From NCBI GenBank assembly GCA_048500095.1, contig JASNYQ010000001.1, forward strand, positions 246,136 through 310,135: a stretch of 64,000 nucleotides of DNA, given 5' to 3'. The notes below the pieces were generated by a model. It was not told the DNA's origin, made no database searches, and saw only the letters and a program-made list of their open reading frames with translations. A program made the translations under genes and the position numbers. This DNA is from Thermoanaerobaculia bacterium (lineage in GTDB: Bacteria > Acidobacteriota > Thermoanaerobaculia > Multivoradales > JAGPDF01). Of this stretch, positions 44,506-53,530 are shown in pieces; the first letter of the stretch is position 1; each line of letters starts with the position of its first letter.

Positions 44506-45657
44506 TCAGGCCGGACGGCGCTCGAGGACGACCAGCGTGAGGTCGTCGGCGAGCCCCTCCTCGGCCCGCCGCCGCCCGTCGAACGCCGCGAGGATGCGCC
44601 GGTGCAGCTCGGCGGCGCCGCCGCCCTGTCGGGCCAGCACGCGCAGGCGCTCGAAGCCGAACGCCTCGCCGTCGCTGCCGAGCCCCTCGGGCAGCCCGTC
44701 GCTGTAGAGCACCAGGAGGTCCCCGGGAGCGATCCGCACCGACTCGGTGGCGAGGTCGAGGTCGGTGCGCACGCCGAGTGGCAGGCCACCCCGGCCCAAC
44801 TCCTCGAGGTCTCCCGATGCCCGTCGCAGGAGCGGGAACGGGTGCCCGGCGCCCACGTACTCGAGCTCGCCGGTCGCCGGGTCGAGGAGGCCGAAGAAGA
44901 GGCTCATGAAGGCCCGCGCGCCACCGGTGCGCAGCACCACGCGGTGCACCGCCCGCGCCACCGACGGCGGGGCGGGATCGAGCTCGATGGCGGTGTGGAT
45001 GGCGGCGCTGGCGAGCGCCATGACGAGGCCGGCCGCCATCCCGTGGCCGCTCGCGTCGCCGGCCACGACGGCGATCCGGCCGCCGGCCACGGGCAGGAAG
45101 GCGTAGTAGTCGCCGCCGACCTCGTTCGCCGTGCGGTAGCCGTGCGCCACCGACCAGCCCGGGATCTCCACCTCCCCCGCCGGCAGGAGCTGGCGCTGCA
45201 CGCCGCGCGCGACCTCCAGCTCGTCGCGCACCAGCACGCGGTCCACCAGCTCCATCGCCAGCAGGTAGACGAGGGCGAGGAGGCTCACGAAGTACCAGAA
45301 CCCCGAGGCGTTGGCCTCCAGGTGGACGCCTCCCGCCCCCGCGACCGTGAAACGGCTGCCCGTCACGCCGAGGATCCCGGCCAGCAGCGCGAACGCGAAG
45401 AGCAGCCGTCGCGGTGGGGAGAGCTTGTAGGAGAGGCCGAGGAAGACGGTCCGCGCGCGGTGCAGGAAGCGGCGGATCCGCCCGCGCGGCTCCGGCCGGT
45501 CCGCCTGGTCGCGCGCCAGCACGGCGTAGGTCTGCGCCGCGTCCCGGGCGAAGAGGCGCCGGACGTCCTCCTGCCGGAGGCCCGCGGTGTAGTCGCGGAC
45601 GAACTGCTCGATCTGCCGGAAGCGGCCCGGCCCGGTGCGTGGCTTCGCTCTCCCCAC
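44506..45657 (-). CDS. Membrane-anchored PP2C-family (SpoIIE/RsbU-like) serine phosphatase
   Basis: Two N-terminal TM helices, then RQLLPAGEVEIPGWSVAHGYRTANEVGGDYY...VVAGDASGHGMAAGLVMA...VLYSDGL. GTG start after GAGGAGGAG. Confidence 0.75.
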   Translation of the reverse strand: MGRAKPRTGPGRFRQIEQFVRDYTAGLRQEDVRRLFARDAAQTYAVLARDQADRPEPRGRIRRFLHRARTVFLGLSYKLSPPRRLLFAFALLAGILGVTGSRFTVAGAGGVHLEANASGFWYFVSLLALVYLLAMELVDRVLVRDELEVARGVQRQLLPAGEVEIPGWSVAHGYRTANEVGGDYYAFLPVAGGRIAVVAGDASGHGMAAGLVMALASAAIHTAIELDPAPPSVARAVHRVVLRTGGARAFMSLFFGLLDPATGELEYVGAGHPFPLLRRASGDLEELGRGGLPLGVRTDLDLATESVRIAPGDLLVLYSDGLPEGLGSDGEAFGFERLRVLARQGGGAAELHRRILAAFDGRRRAEEGLADDLTLVVLERRPA

Positions 45658-45717
45658 GGCTCCTCCTCGCTTACGATACGCTGACTCGGGGCGAAGGTTC
45701 GCCGGAGAGGAGAGCCC

Positions 45718-47328
45718 ATGGGGAGCGGATTCCAGGCGGAGGTCGCACGGCTGCTGGAGGAGAGCGGAGACCGCCGGATCGTGGAGCGGCTCTGGGGGCG
45801 CGACCACACGCTCTGGAGCGAGAGCCCGGCGGAGATCTCGAACCGGCTCGGCTGGCTCGACGCCCCCCTGGCGATGCGCGAGCTGCTCCCCGCCCTCGCC
45901 GATCTCTCCCGCGAGACCCGCGAGGAAGGGGTGCACGACCTCGTGCTCCTCGGCATGGGCGGCTCGAGCCTCGGCGCCGAGGTCCTGGCGCGAATCTGCG
46001 GCCAGGCCCCCGGCCACCCGCGCCTCCACGCGCTCGACAGCACGGTGCCCGCCTGGGTACGGCGCGTCACGGAGGCGATCGATCCGCGGCGGACCCTCTA
46101 CCTCGTCTCCTCGAAGTCGGGCTCCACGGCCGAGGTGGCGGCGCTCTTCGCGCACTTCTGGGAGCGCGCCACTGCGGCCGAGGGGCCGGAGGAGGCCGGG
46201 CTGCGCTTCCTCGCCATCACCGACCCGGGGACCTCGCTCGCCGCGCTCGCGGCCGAGAAGCGGTTCCGCCGCCTCTTCGAGAACCCGCCGGAGATCGGCG
46301 GGCGGTTCAGCGTCCTCTCCCTCTTCGGCCTCGTCCCGGCCGCGCTGCTCGGGCTCGACGTGCGGGCGCTCCTGGGCGGCGCGGCGGCGATGGCCCAGGC
46401 CTGCGGCCCCGGCACCCCGGACGCCGAGAACCCGGGCCTGCATTTGGGTATCGCCATGGCGGCCGCGGTCCGCACCGGGCGGCCGTTCCTCGGCCTGCTC
46501 GCCGGCCGCCGCCTCGCTCCGTTCGGCCTCTGGGCCGAGCAGCTGGTGGCCGAGAGCCTCGGCAAGGGCGGCCAGGGGATCGTCCCGGTCACCGAGGAGC
46601 CGCTCCCGCCCGCCGGCGCCCTGCCGCCGGGCGAGCGGCTCCACGTCCGGCTGCGCTTCGCGGGCGAGAGCGAGCCGGAGCTCGACCGCCTGGCGGCGGA
46701 CCTGGCCGCCGGCGGAGAGCCGCTGCTCGACCTCGAGCTCGCCGCGCCGGAGAGCCTCGGCGCGGAGTTCCTGCGCTGGGAGGTCGCCACGGCGATCGCC
46801 GGCGCGCTCGTCGGCGTCCACCCGTTCGACCAGCCGGACGTCGAGTCGACGAAGCGCGAGACCCGGCGCCTCCTCGCCGCCTGCCGGGAGACCGGCGCCC
46901 TCCCCGCCATCGAGGCGGCCGAGAGCCTGGAGCAGGCCCTGGCGGCCGGGGCACCGCCGTCCTACCTGGCGCTGCTGGCCTACACCGACGACCGGCCCGG
47001 GATCGCCGCCGCCGCGGCCATGCTGCGCGCCCGCCTCGGAAGACGCCTCGGCGTCCCGACCACCTTCGGCTTCGGACCCCGGTACCTGCACTCGACCGGG
47101 CAGCTGCACAAGGGAGGGCCCGCCGGCGGCCTCTTCGTCCAGCTCCTCGGCCTCGGCGACGACCTGCCGATCCCGGGCGAGCCGTTCGGCTTCGCGACGC
47201 TGGCCCGCGCGCAGGCGGACGGCGATCTGCTCGCGCTCGGCGCGAGCGGGCGGCGGGTGGTGCGGATCGAGCTCGCGGGCGACCCGATGGACGCGACCGC
47301 GGCGCTCACCGGCCTGGCCGGCGCCTGA
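45718..47328 (+). CDS. pgi: Glucose-6-phosphate isomerase (SIS-domain PGI)
   Basis: LVLLGMGGSSLGAEVL, YLVSSKSGSTAEV, GGRFSVLSLFGLVPAALLG. RBS GGAGAGGAGAG. Confidence 0.8.
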   Translation: MGSGFQAEVARLLEESGDRRIVERLWGRDHTLWSESPAEISNRLGWLDAPLAMRELLPALADLSRETREEGVHDLVLLGMGGSSLGAEVLARICGQAPGHPRLHALDSTVPAWVRRVTEAIDPRRTLYLVSSKSGSTAEVAALFAHFWERATAAEGPEEAGLRFLAITDPGTSLAALAAEKRFRRLFENPPEIGGRFSVLSLFGLVPAALLGLDVRALLGGAAAMAQACGPGTPDAENPGLHLGIAMAAAVRTGRPFLGLLAGRRLAPFGLWAEQLVAESLGKGGQGIVPVTEEPLPPAGALPPGERLHVRLRFAGESEPELDRLAADLAAGGEPLLDLELAAPESLGAEFLRWEVATAIAGALVGVHPFDQPDVESTKRETRRLLAACRETGALPAIEAAESLEQALAAGAPPSYLALLAYTDDRPGIAAAAAMLRARLGRRLGVPTTFGFGPRYLHSTGQLHKGGPAGGLFVQLLGLGDDLPIPGEPFGFATLARAQADGDLLALGASGRRVVRIELAGDPMDATAALTGLAGA

Positions 47329-47329
47329 C

Positions 47330-47587
47330 TCAGCCCGCCGCGGGGGCCGGCGCCGGGAGGATCTCCACCGCCTCCTCCCACCAGCCGGCGCCGGGCACGA
47401 ACGCCTCCCCCTCGTGTGGACAGGGGGCCGACACGTGGTCCTTGCCGAGCACCGGCTTGCCGTGGTGCCGCGCCGCGAGCGGCGAGAAGAAGCTCTCGCA
47501 GCCGAGGCAGAAGCGCGCCGTCACCTGCCCCTGGCGCTCCGGCACCAGCCGGCTGCGCGGGGCCGCGTTCAGGGTGCGATAGGCCAT
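47330..47587 (-). CDS. Small Cys-containing hypothetical protein (possible zinc ribbon)
   Basis: 85 aa. CLGCE...APCPH. ATG is preceded by GGCTACGCTCCGGCC (the GCTAnnnT-CCGGCC-ATG pattern seen at other starts). 38 nt downstream of ndk on the same strand. Confidence 0.35.
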   Translation of the reverse strand: MAYRTLNAAPRSRLVPERQGQVTARFCLGCESFFSPLAARHHGKPVLGKDHVSAPCPHEGEAFVPGAGWWEEAVEILPAPAPAAG

Positions 47588-47625
47588 GGCCGGAGCGTAG
47601 CCGATCGGCGGCGGCGGGCCAAGCC

Positions 47626-48048
47626 TCAGCGCGCCGCGATGCGCTCGGTCTGCGGGAAGAAGAAGGCGAGCTCGAGGGCGGCGTTCTCGAGCGAGTCGCT
47701 GCCGTGGATCGCGTTGCGCTCGATCGAGGTGCCGTAGAGGTTCCGGATCGTGCCGGGCGCCGCCTTGGCGACGTCGGTCGCGCCCATCACGTCGCGGAGG
47801 TGAGCCTGGGCGTTCTCGCGCTCCAGGGCCACGGGAAGGCAGGGGCCGCTGGTCATGAACTCTACGAGGCTCGTGAAGAACGGGCGCTCGCGGTGCACGG
47901 CGTAGAAGCCCTCGGCCTGCGCCCGCGTGAGCCGTACGAGGCGCAGCGCGCGGAGGGTGAAGCCCTCCTGCTCGAGGTGGGCGAGGATCTTGCCGGCGTT
48001 CCCGGCGGCGACGGCGTCCGGCTTGACGATGGCGAGGGTCGTTTCCAT
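47626..48048 (-). CDS. ndk: Nucleoside diphosphate kinase
   Basis: METTLAIVKPDAV...NAIHGSDS (active-site His). Confidence 0.9.
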   Translation of the reverse strand: METTLAIVKPDAVAAGNAGKILAHLEQEGFTLRALRLVRLTRAQAEGFYAVHRERPFFTSLVEFMTSGPCLPVALERENAQAHLRDVMGATDVAKAAPGTIRNLYGTSIERNAIHGSDSLENAALELAFFFPQTERIAAR

Positions 48049-48222
48049 GGCTCGGTTCTCCTGCCGCGGGCGCGAGCCCGGGGCGTGACGTTCGGTCTGG
48101 TCGGGAGCGCGACGGCGGACGCAGGCGTTTGCCGCAGGCGCGAGACGAAGCCTAGCGCATCACCTCCGGCGCCGCCAAGCGGAGACCGGCCCTCCGGGCG
48201 GGGGAACACCCCGCCGCAGTCC

Positions 48223-48759
48223 TCAGGAGCCCTTCGACAGCTCCTCGATTGCCGCCAGCACGTCGGCCGCCTGCTGCTCGGTCGAGGCCGAGAGATCGCG
48301 CCAGACGAGCTTGCCGTCGCGAAAGAGGAACGCCTGACGGCTGGCGAAGCCGAGGCGGGTCGGCACCCCGAACGCCTCGATCACCTTCTTGTCGGAGTCC
48401 GCGAGGAGCGTGAACGGCAGCTTGTACTTCTCCTGGAACGCCTTCTGCGCGGCGACGCCGTCGCTCGAGACGCCGAAGACCCGCATCCCCTTCTCCCCCA
48501 GCGTCGCGTAGGCGTCGCGCAGGCTGCACGCCTGCTTGGTGCAGCCCGCCGTGTCGGCCTTCGGGTAGAAGTAGACGAGCGCGAAGCCCTCGCCGGCGGC
48601 CTGGGCGAGGGAAACCTCCCGCCCGTCCTGGTCGAGGACGGTGACGTCGGGCAGTGCCGCCCCGAGGTCGAGCTCCGCGGCGCGCGCCGAGCCGCCGAAG
48701 AGGAGCGCCGCGGCGACGGTCGCCCCGAGCGCGAGATAGCCGATGCTGGTCGTGATCAT
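48223..48759 (-). CDS. bcp: Peroxiredoxin (Bcp-type thiol peroxidase), secreted
   Basis: Signal peptide. FYPKADTAGCTKQACSLRD peroxidatic Cys context. RBS GGAGGAG. Confidence 0.8.
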   Translation of the reverse strand: MITTSIGYLALGATVAAALLFGGSARAAELDLGAALPDVTVLDQDGREVSLAQAAGEGFALVYFYPKADTAGCTKQACSLRDAYATLGEKGMRVFGVSSDGVAAQKAFQEKYKLPFTLLADSDKKVIEAFGVPTRLGFASRQAFLFRDGKLVWRDLSASTEQQAADVLAAIEELSKGS

Positions 48760-48811
48760 GGTTCTGTCTCCTCCGCTCTCTCTACGGTGGCCGCGGGCCA
48801 CGGGATGAGTC

Positions 48812-49504
48812 TCACTCGCTCTCGATCTCCTCGAGCTCGGCTTCCGCTCCCGAGAGCCGGAAGACCGGGCCGACCGTCAGGAACTCTCCCCCGGGTCCGA
48901 GCAGGAGCGCCCCGCCCTCCGGGATACCGAGGCCCACCCGCGCTCCGCCGGGGCCGACGAGCTGCCGGAGGCGCCGGTCGCGGTCCGGGTCGAAGTTCGC
49001 CTCTACGGCGGTGTCGGCGAGCCAGCCGAGGCCGGCCTCCCCCGGCGCTCCCGGCCGCAGGCCGCGGAAGTGCGAGCCGCAGGCCTGCGCCGCGGCGGCG
49101 ATCGCCACCACCACGCCGCCGTCGGCGAGCTTCCGCTCCAGCGCCGCGAGCGCGGGCGTCCCCCGCAGGGTGTCGACGAGGTGCTCCGCGACGCCGCCCC
49201 CGAGGTAGGCGGCCGCGACCGCCGCGATCCGCTCGGCGTTCTTCTCCCGCCGCGCGTCGCGCGGGCGGTAGACCGGGATCGTCTCGACCGCGCGCCCGCA
49301 GAAGTCAGCAAGGTAGGCCGCGAAGTGGCGCGGGTACTCCTCCGAGCCGCTGGCCGTGGGCAGGAAACCCACCGGGCCCTCCGGCACGCGGGCGAGCCAG
49401 GCCTCGTCGGCCTCCTCGGTCTCGCCGAAGGTGAACTCCCCCCCGCCGAGCAGGGCGAGCCAGCCTCCCAGCGGGATCGCGAGCTCGACGGGGGGAGCGG
49501 ACAC
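48812..49504 (-). CDS. Peptidase E / cyanophycinase-like S51 family protein (class I glutamine-amidotransferase-like fold)
   Basis: ...ALLGGGEF...VGFLPTASG... blocks typical of S51. GTG start. Family assignment is tentative. Confidence 0.5.
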   Translation of the reverse strand: MSAPPVELAIPLGGWLALLGGGEFTFGETEEADEAWLARVPEGPVGFLPTASGSEEYPRHFAAYLADFCGRAVETIPVYRPRDARREKNAERIAAVAAAYLGGGVAEHLVDTLRGTPALAALERKLADGGVVVAIAAAAQACGSHFRGLRPGAPGEAGLGWLADTAVEANFDPDRDRRLRQLVGPGGARVGLGIPEGGALLLGPGGEFLTVGPVFRLSGAEAELEEIESE

Positions 49505-49534
49505 GGCGGCGCCTCGGAGTCTCGGTGAATGGAC

Positions 49535-50410
49535 CTAGCGGCCGAGCGCCTTCGCGACGGTGGAGCCGAGGTCGGCCGGCGACTCGCAGACGTGGATGCC
49601 CGCCGCGGCGAGCGCCTCCATCTTCTCCTTCGCCGTCCCCTTGCCGCCGGCGATGATCGCCCCGGCGTGGCCCATCCGGCGTCCCGGCGGCGCGGTGCGC
49701 CCGGCGATGAAGCCGACCACCGGCCGGTCGAAGTGCGCCTCGACCCAGGCCGCGGCCTCCTCCTCGGCGGTGCCGCCGATCTCGCCGATCATCACCACCG
49801 CCTCGGTCTCCGGGTCGCCCCGGAAGGCGGAGAGGACGTCGATGAAGTTCGTGCCGTTGATCGGGTCGCCGCCGATCCCCACGCAGGTCGACTGCCCGAG
49901 GCCGAGGTTGGTGAGCTGCCAGACCGCCTCGTAGGTGAGCGTGCCCGAGCGGGAGACGACACCCACGCGGCCCGGGCGGTGGATGTGGCCGGGCATGATC
50001 CCGATCTTCCCCTTGCCCGGCGAGATGATGCCGGGGCAGTTGGGGCCGATCAGGCGCGTCGGGTGGTCGCGCAGGAACGCCTTCACCTTCAGCATGTCGG
50101 CCACCGGGATCCCCTCGGTGATCGCCACCGTGAGCTCGATGCCGGCCCCGGCCGCCTCCATGATCGCGTCGGCTGCGAAAGGCGGCGGCACGAAGACCAT
50201 GCTGGCGTTGGCGCCGGTGGCGGCGCGCGCCTCGGCCACCGAGTCGAAGACCGGGATCCCCTCCACCACCTCGCCCCCCTTGCCCGGGGTGACGCCGGCC
50301 ACCACCTGGGTGCCGTAGTCGCGGCAGCCGAGGGCGTGGAACTTCCCCTCCTTGCCGGTGATCCCCTGCACCACGAGGCGGGTCTGCTCGTTGAGCCAGA
50401 TGGCCATCAC
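49535..50410 (-). CDS. sucD: Succinyl-CoA synthetase alpha subunit
   Basis: [25 protein letters not shown]..., active-site SRSGTLTYE, ...MGHAGAII... ATGA overlap with the sucC stop. Confidence 0.9.
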   Translation of the reverse strand: MMAIWLNEQTRLVVQGITGKEGKFHALGCRDYGTQVVAGVTPGKGGEVVEGIPVFDSVAEARAATGANASMVFVPPPFAADAIMEAAGAGIELTVAITEGIPVADMLKVKAFLRDHPTRLIGPNCPGIISPGKGKIGIMPGHIHRPGRVGVVSRSGTLTYEAVWQLTNLGLGQSTCVGIGGDPINGTNFIDVLSAFRGDPETEAVVMIGEIGGTAEEEAAAWVEAHFDRPVVGFIAGRTAPPGRRMGHAGAIIAGGKGTAKEKMEALAAAGIHVCESPADLGSTVAKALGR

Positions 50411-51576
50411 GCACCTCCCCGAACCGCCGCGACGACCTTCTGCGCCGCGTCGGCCATCGTCTCGGCGACGATGAAGTGGAACTCGCTCTCGCGCAGGATC
50501 GCGCGGCCCTGCTCGACGTTGGTGCCCTCGAGGCGGACGACGACCGGCATCGCGACGCCGCCGAGGCTGCGCAGCGCCTCGACCACGCCGTTGGCGATCC
50601 GGTCGGTGCGGGCGATGCCGCCGAAGATGTTGATCAGCACCGCCTTGACGCTCGCGTCGGAGACCAGGATGCGGAAGGCGTTCGCCACCGCCTCCTGCGA
50701 AGCCGAGCCGCCGACGTCGAGGAAGTTGGCCGGCTCGGAGCCGTAGAGCTTGATGATGTCCATGGTGGCCATCGCCAGGCCCGCGCCGTTGACCATGCAG
50801 CCGATCTCGCCGTCGAGCTTGATGTAGTTGAGGTCGAATTTCGACGCCTCGACCTCCAGCGGGTTCTCCTCGGCGACGTCGCGCATCGCGACCACGTCGC
50901 GGTGGCGGAAGAGGGCGTTGTCGTCGAAGTTCATCTTCGCGTCGAGGGCGAGCACGTCGCCCTGCGCGGTGATCATGAGCGGGTTGATCTCGGCCAGCGA
51001 GGCGTCGGTCTCGAGGTAGGCCTTGACCAGCGCCGCCACCAGCTTGCCGGCCTTGTTGGCGGTGTCGCCCTCGAGGCCCAGCCGCTTGGCGACGAGGCGC
51101 CCCTGGAACGGCAGCAGGCCGAGGTGCGGGTCGACGTGGACGCGGGTGATGGCGTCGGGGTCGCGCTCGGCGACCACCTCGATCTCCATCCCGCCGGCGG
51201 CCGAGGCGATGATCACCGGCTTGGCCGCGGCGCGGTCGAGGGTGACCGCGAGGTAGAGCTCGCGGGCGATCTCGAGCGCCTCTTCGATCAGCACCTTCTG
51301 GACCTTCTGCCCCTCCGGGCCCGTCTGGTGGGTGACGAGCTGCATGCCGAGGATCTGGCCGGCCAGCGCCTCGGCCTCCGCCGGGTCCTTGGCGAGCTTC
51401 ACGCCCCCGCCCTTGCCGCGCCCGCCGGCGTGGATCTGGGCCTTGACGACGACGCGCCCGCCCAGCTCCTCGGCGATGGCGCGCGCCTCGCCCGCGTCGG
51501 CGGTCACCCGCCCGCGCGGCGTGGCGACACCGTAGCGGCGCAGGATCTCCTTCGCCTGGTACTCGTGAATCTTCAA
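50407..51576 (-). CDS. sucC: Succinyl-CoA synthetase beta subunit
   Basis: TTG start ([17 protein letters not shown]) after AAGGAGGG. ATP-grasp and CoA-ligase domains ([15 protein letters not shown]). TTAGACT -10-like element ~80 nt upstream. Confidence 0.9.
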   Translation of the reverse strand: MKIHEYQAKEILRRYGVATPRGRVTADAGEARAIAEELGGRVVVKAQIHAGGRGKGGGVKLAKDPAEAEALAGQILGMQLVTHQTGPEGQKVQKVLIEEALEIARELYLAVTLDRAAAKPVIIASAAGGMEIEVVAERDPDAITRVHVDPHLGLLPFQGRLVAKRLGLEGDTANKAGKLVAALVKAYLETDASLAEINPLMITAQGDVLALDAKMNFDDNALFRHRDVVAMRDVAEENPLEVEASKFDLNYIKLDGEIGCMVNGAGLAMATMDIIKLYGSEPANFLDVGGSASQEAVANAFRILVSDASVKAVLINIFGGIARTDRIANGVVEALRSLGGVAMPVVVRLEGTNVEQGRAILRESEFHFIVAETMADAAQKVVAAVRGGA

Positions 51577-51697
51577 GATTCCCTCCTTCCGGGATCCGCA
51601 GGTGGGCCGGGGCCGAAAGCCGCGCCCCCGGCGCGGCGCCCCACGAACGAGGAGTCTAACGGACCGCCGCGGGCCGCGAAAAGGGCCCCAGGGCAGA

Positions 51698-52048
51698 TCA
51701 GCTCCCCGGAGGTCCAGAGGGGAGAAGAGAGGCGAGCATCGGCCGGAGCCTCGGGATCTCGACCGAGCACACGTCCCAGACGAGGTCGAAGTCGACATCG
51801 AGGTAGTCGTGCACGATCTTGTGGCGCATCCCTACGATCTCCGCCCAGGGGACCTCCGGGTGACCTGCCCGGTACCCGGAGGAGACCCGTCGCGCCGCCT
51901 CCCCGAGAGTCTGGACCAGGTGGGTCAGGGCGAGGCGGAGGTCCTCGTCGGCGTCGAAATCCTCCCGCTCGAGGCGCACGGCCCGCGCGAGGATCCGGTC
52001 GCAGAGATCGAGCATCTGCGCGACGTAGACGAGGTCGTCATGCCGCAT
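51698..52048 (-). CDS. hepT: HepT-like RNase toxin (DUF86; type VII TA system)
   Basis: Rx4HxY motif (GMRHKIVHDY). Confidence 0.75.
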   Translation of the reverse strand: MRHDDLVYVAQMLDLCDRILARAVRLEREDFDADEDLRLALTHLVQTLGEAARRVSSGYRAGHPEVPWAEIVGMRHKIVHDYLDVDFDLVWDVCSVEIPRLRPMLASLLPSGPPGS

Positions 52049-52337
52049 ACTGGATCACCGCCTCGGAGAGGACCCGGTCGCGCAGGTGCCGGTTGAGGTA
52101 CTTGCGCGAGACCAGGTCGACCCGCCTCCCCCCGAAGAGCGCGGAGAGCTCGCGCTCCAGCGCGAAGACCCGGAACCCCAGGACCGTGCCCGGCTCGAAC
52201 TCGACGAGCAGGTCCACATCGCTCTCCGGCCCGAAGTCGTCGCGCACGGCGGAGCCGAACAGCGCGAGACTGCGAATCCCCCACCGCACACACAGGTCGC
52301 GGAGCGCATCTCGGTCGATTGGAATCTGCACGGACAT
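52038..52337 (-). CDS. mntA: MntA-like minimal nucleotidyltransferase antitoxin
   Basis: LFGSAVRDDFGPESDVDLLVEF (GS...DxD NTase motif). 11-nt overlap with hepT. Confidence 0.8.
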   Translation of the reverse strand: MSVQIPIDRDALRDLCVRWGIRSLALFGSAVRDDFGPESDVDLLVEFEPGTVLGFRVFALERELSALFGGRRVDLVSRKYLNRHLRDRVLSEAVIQYAA

Positions 52338-52653
52338 CGCGGCTCCCGCCGGCGAAACCGGCTCGCCGGCATGCTACCGCGCCTCACGCTCCCCGCGCCG
52401 GTCCGGGCGGGGGCGAACCGGCCACCTTCGCTCGCCTCGTCCATTTCCCGGATGGGTTGCAGCCGCCCTCGCCGTCGCAACGAGCTCCGTCAGGGCACCC
52501 GGAGCGGACGGTCCCGGTGCCCACCGGCCGCCGCCCCCGTGAGGGGAAGGCCCACCTCGGCCCTCTCCCCGGATCCGATGCGGCTACCCCGCGGAGATCA
52601 CCCAAGCCGCCCCGGCCGGTGGCTCGGCACGAAGGAACCGATAGCGAGAGCGT

Positions 52654-52688
52654 GCGCGGCGACTGTGACCTCGCAAGGCAGAACCCGA
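52654..52688. repeat. Imperfect direct repeat copy 1 (GCGCGGCGACTGTGACCTCGCAAGGCAGAACCCGA)
   Basis: 29/35 identical to 53496-53530. Together the two copies flank the 52760-53463 two-gene cassette. Confidence 0.5.
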
Positions 52689-52744
52689 GACCAGCTCGGC
52701 CTCCTTTGCGGGACCACCATGGCCTCGACTCGCCCAACGGCGCT

Positions 52745-52759
52745 GGCTAGACTCCGGCC
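52745..52759 (+). promoter_or_regulatory. GGCTAGACTCCGGCC element immediately before the GTG at 52760
   Basis: Identical 16-mer to the one upstream of the beta-lactamase-family gene (13914-13929, minus strand). Confidence 0.45.
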
Positions 52760-53248
52760 GTGAACGGCCCCCGCGCCCTCGTCTTCCGGGCCCTCGCCAC
52801 GGCGGGCGTGCGCTATCTCGTCGTCGGCGGCGTGGCCGTCGTGCTGCACGGCCACCTGCGGGCCACGGTCGACCTCGACCTCGTCCTCGACCTCGCGCCG
52901 GAGAACACCGCGCGGGCGCTCGACGCCCTCGTCGCGGCCGGCTTCCGGCCGGTGGCGCCGGTGCCCGTCGGCGAGTTCGCCGACCCGGCGGCGCGCGAGC
53001 GCTGGGCGCGCGAGAGGCAGATGGTCGTCTTCTCGCTCTGGACCGACGCCGACCCCACCTTCAAGGTCGACCTGTTCGTCGAGGAGCCGTTCGACTTCGC
53101 GGTCGCCTGGCAGCGCGCCGCGGCCGTCGAGCTCGCCGGCGTCGAGGTGCGCGTCGTCTCCCTCTCCGACCTGCTCGCGATGAAGCGGCGCGCCGGCCGG
53201 CCGCAGGACCTCGCCGACGTGGCCGCGCTCGGGGAGATCGCGCGGTGA
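52760..53248 (+). CDS. Minimal nucleotidyltransferase-fold protein (Pol-beta superfamily)
   Basis: GTG start. YLVVGGVAVVLHGHLRATVDLDLVLD (hG[GS]...DxD). Confidence 0.5.
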   Translation: MNGPRALVFRALATAGVRYLVVGGVAVVLHGHLRATVDLDLVLDLAPENTARALDALVAAGFRPVAPVPVGEFADPAARERWARERQMVVFSLWTDADPTFKVDLFVEEPFDFAVAWQRAAAVELAGVEVRVVSLSDLLAMKRRAGRPQDLADVAALGEIAR

Positions 53249-53463
53249 AGCCCGACCTCGCCCGGCACGTCGCGGCCCTGCCGCCGCGGGCTCTGACCGC
53301 CGACGAGAACCGCGCCCTCGAGCGCGCGATCGGCCTTTCGCTCTCGCCGCAGGAGCGGCTCGACTGGCTGGAACGGACCCTCGCCGAGCTCGCGGCGCTC
53401 CGCGGCCTCGCGGCCGCGAGCAACAGCGTCGGGCGCGAGACGAGCCCCCACACCCGCCCGTAG
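53245..53463 (+). CDS. Small helical hypothetical protein translationally coupled to the NTase
   Basis: GTGA overlap with the upstream stop. 72 aa. No family. Confidence 0.3.
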   Translation: MKPDLARHVAALPPRALTADENRALERAIGLSLSPQERLDWLERTLAELAALRGLAAASNSVGRETSPHTRP

Positions 53464-53495
53464 CGACCGGGATCGTCCTCAGACCGCGTGAGACA

Positions 53496-53530
53496 GCGCG
53501 GTCACTGTGATCTGGCGAGGCGGAACCCGA
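53496..53530. repeat. Imperfect direct repeat copy 2 (GCGCGGTCACTGTGATCTGGCGAGGCGGAACCCGA), overlapping the 3' end of the FGE gene
   Basis: Encodes ...GFRLARSQ* of the FGE protein on the minus strand. Copy 1 would encode GFCLARSQ in a non-genic context. Confidence 0.5.

Noticed and set aside
52384-52737. 117-aa minus-strand ORF containing GFCLARSQ
   Set aside because: The similarity to the FGE C-terminus is confined to the 35-nt repeat, and the rest is low-complexity. It is treated as a repeat copy (see findings), not as a gene or pseudogene.
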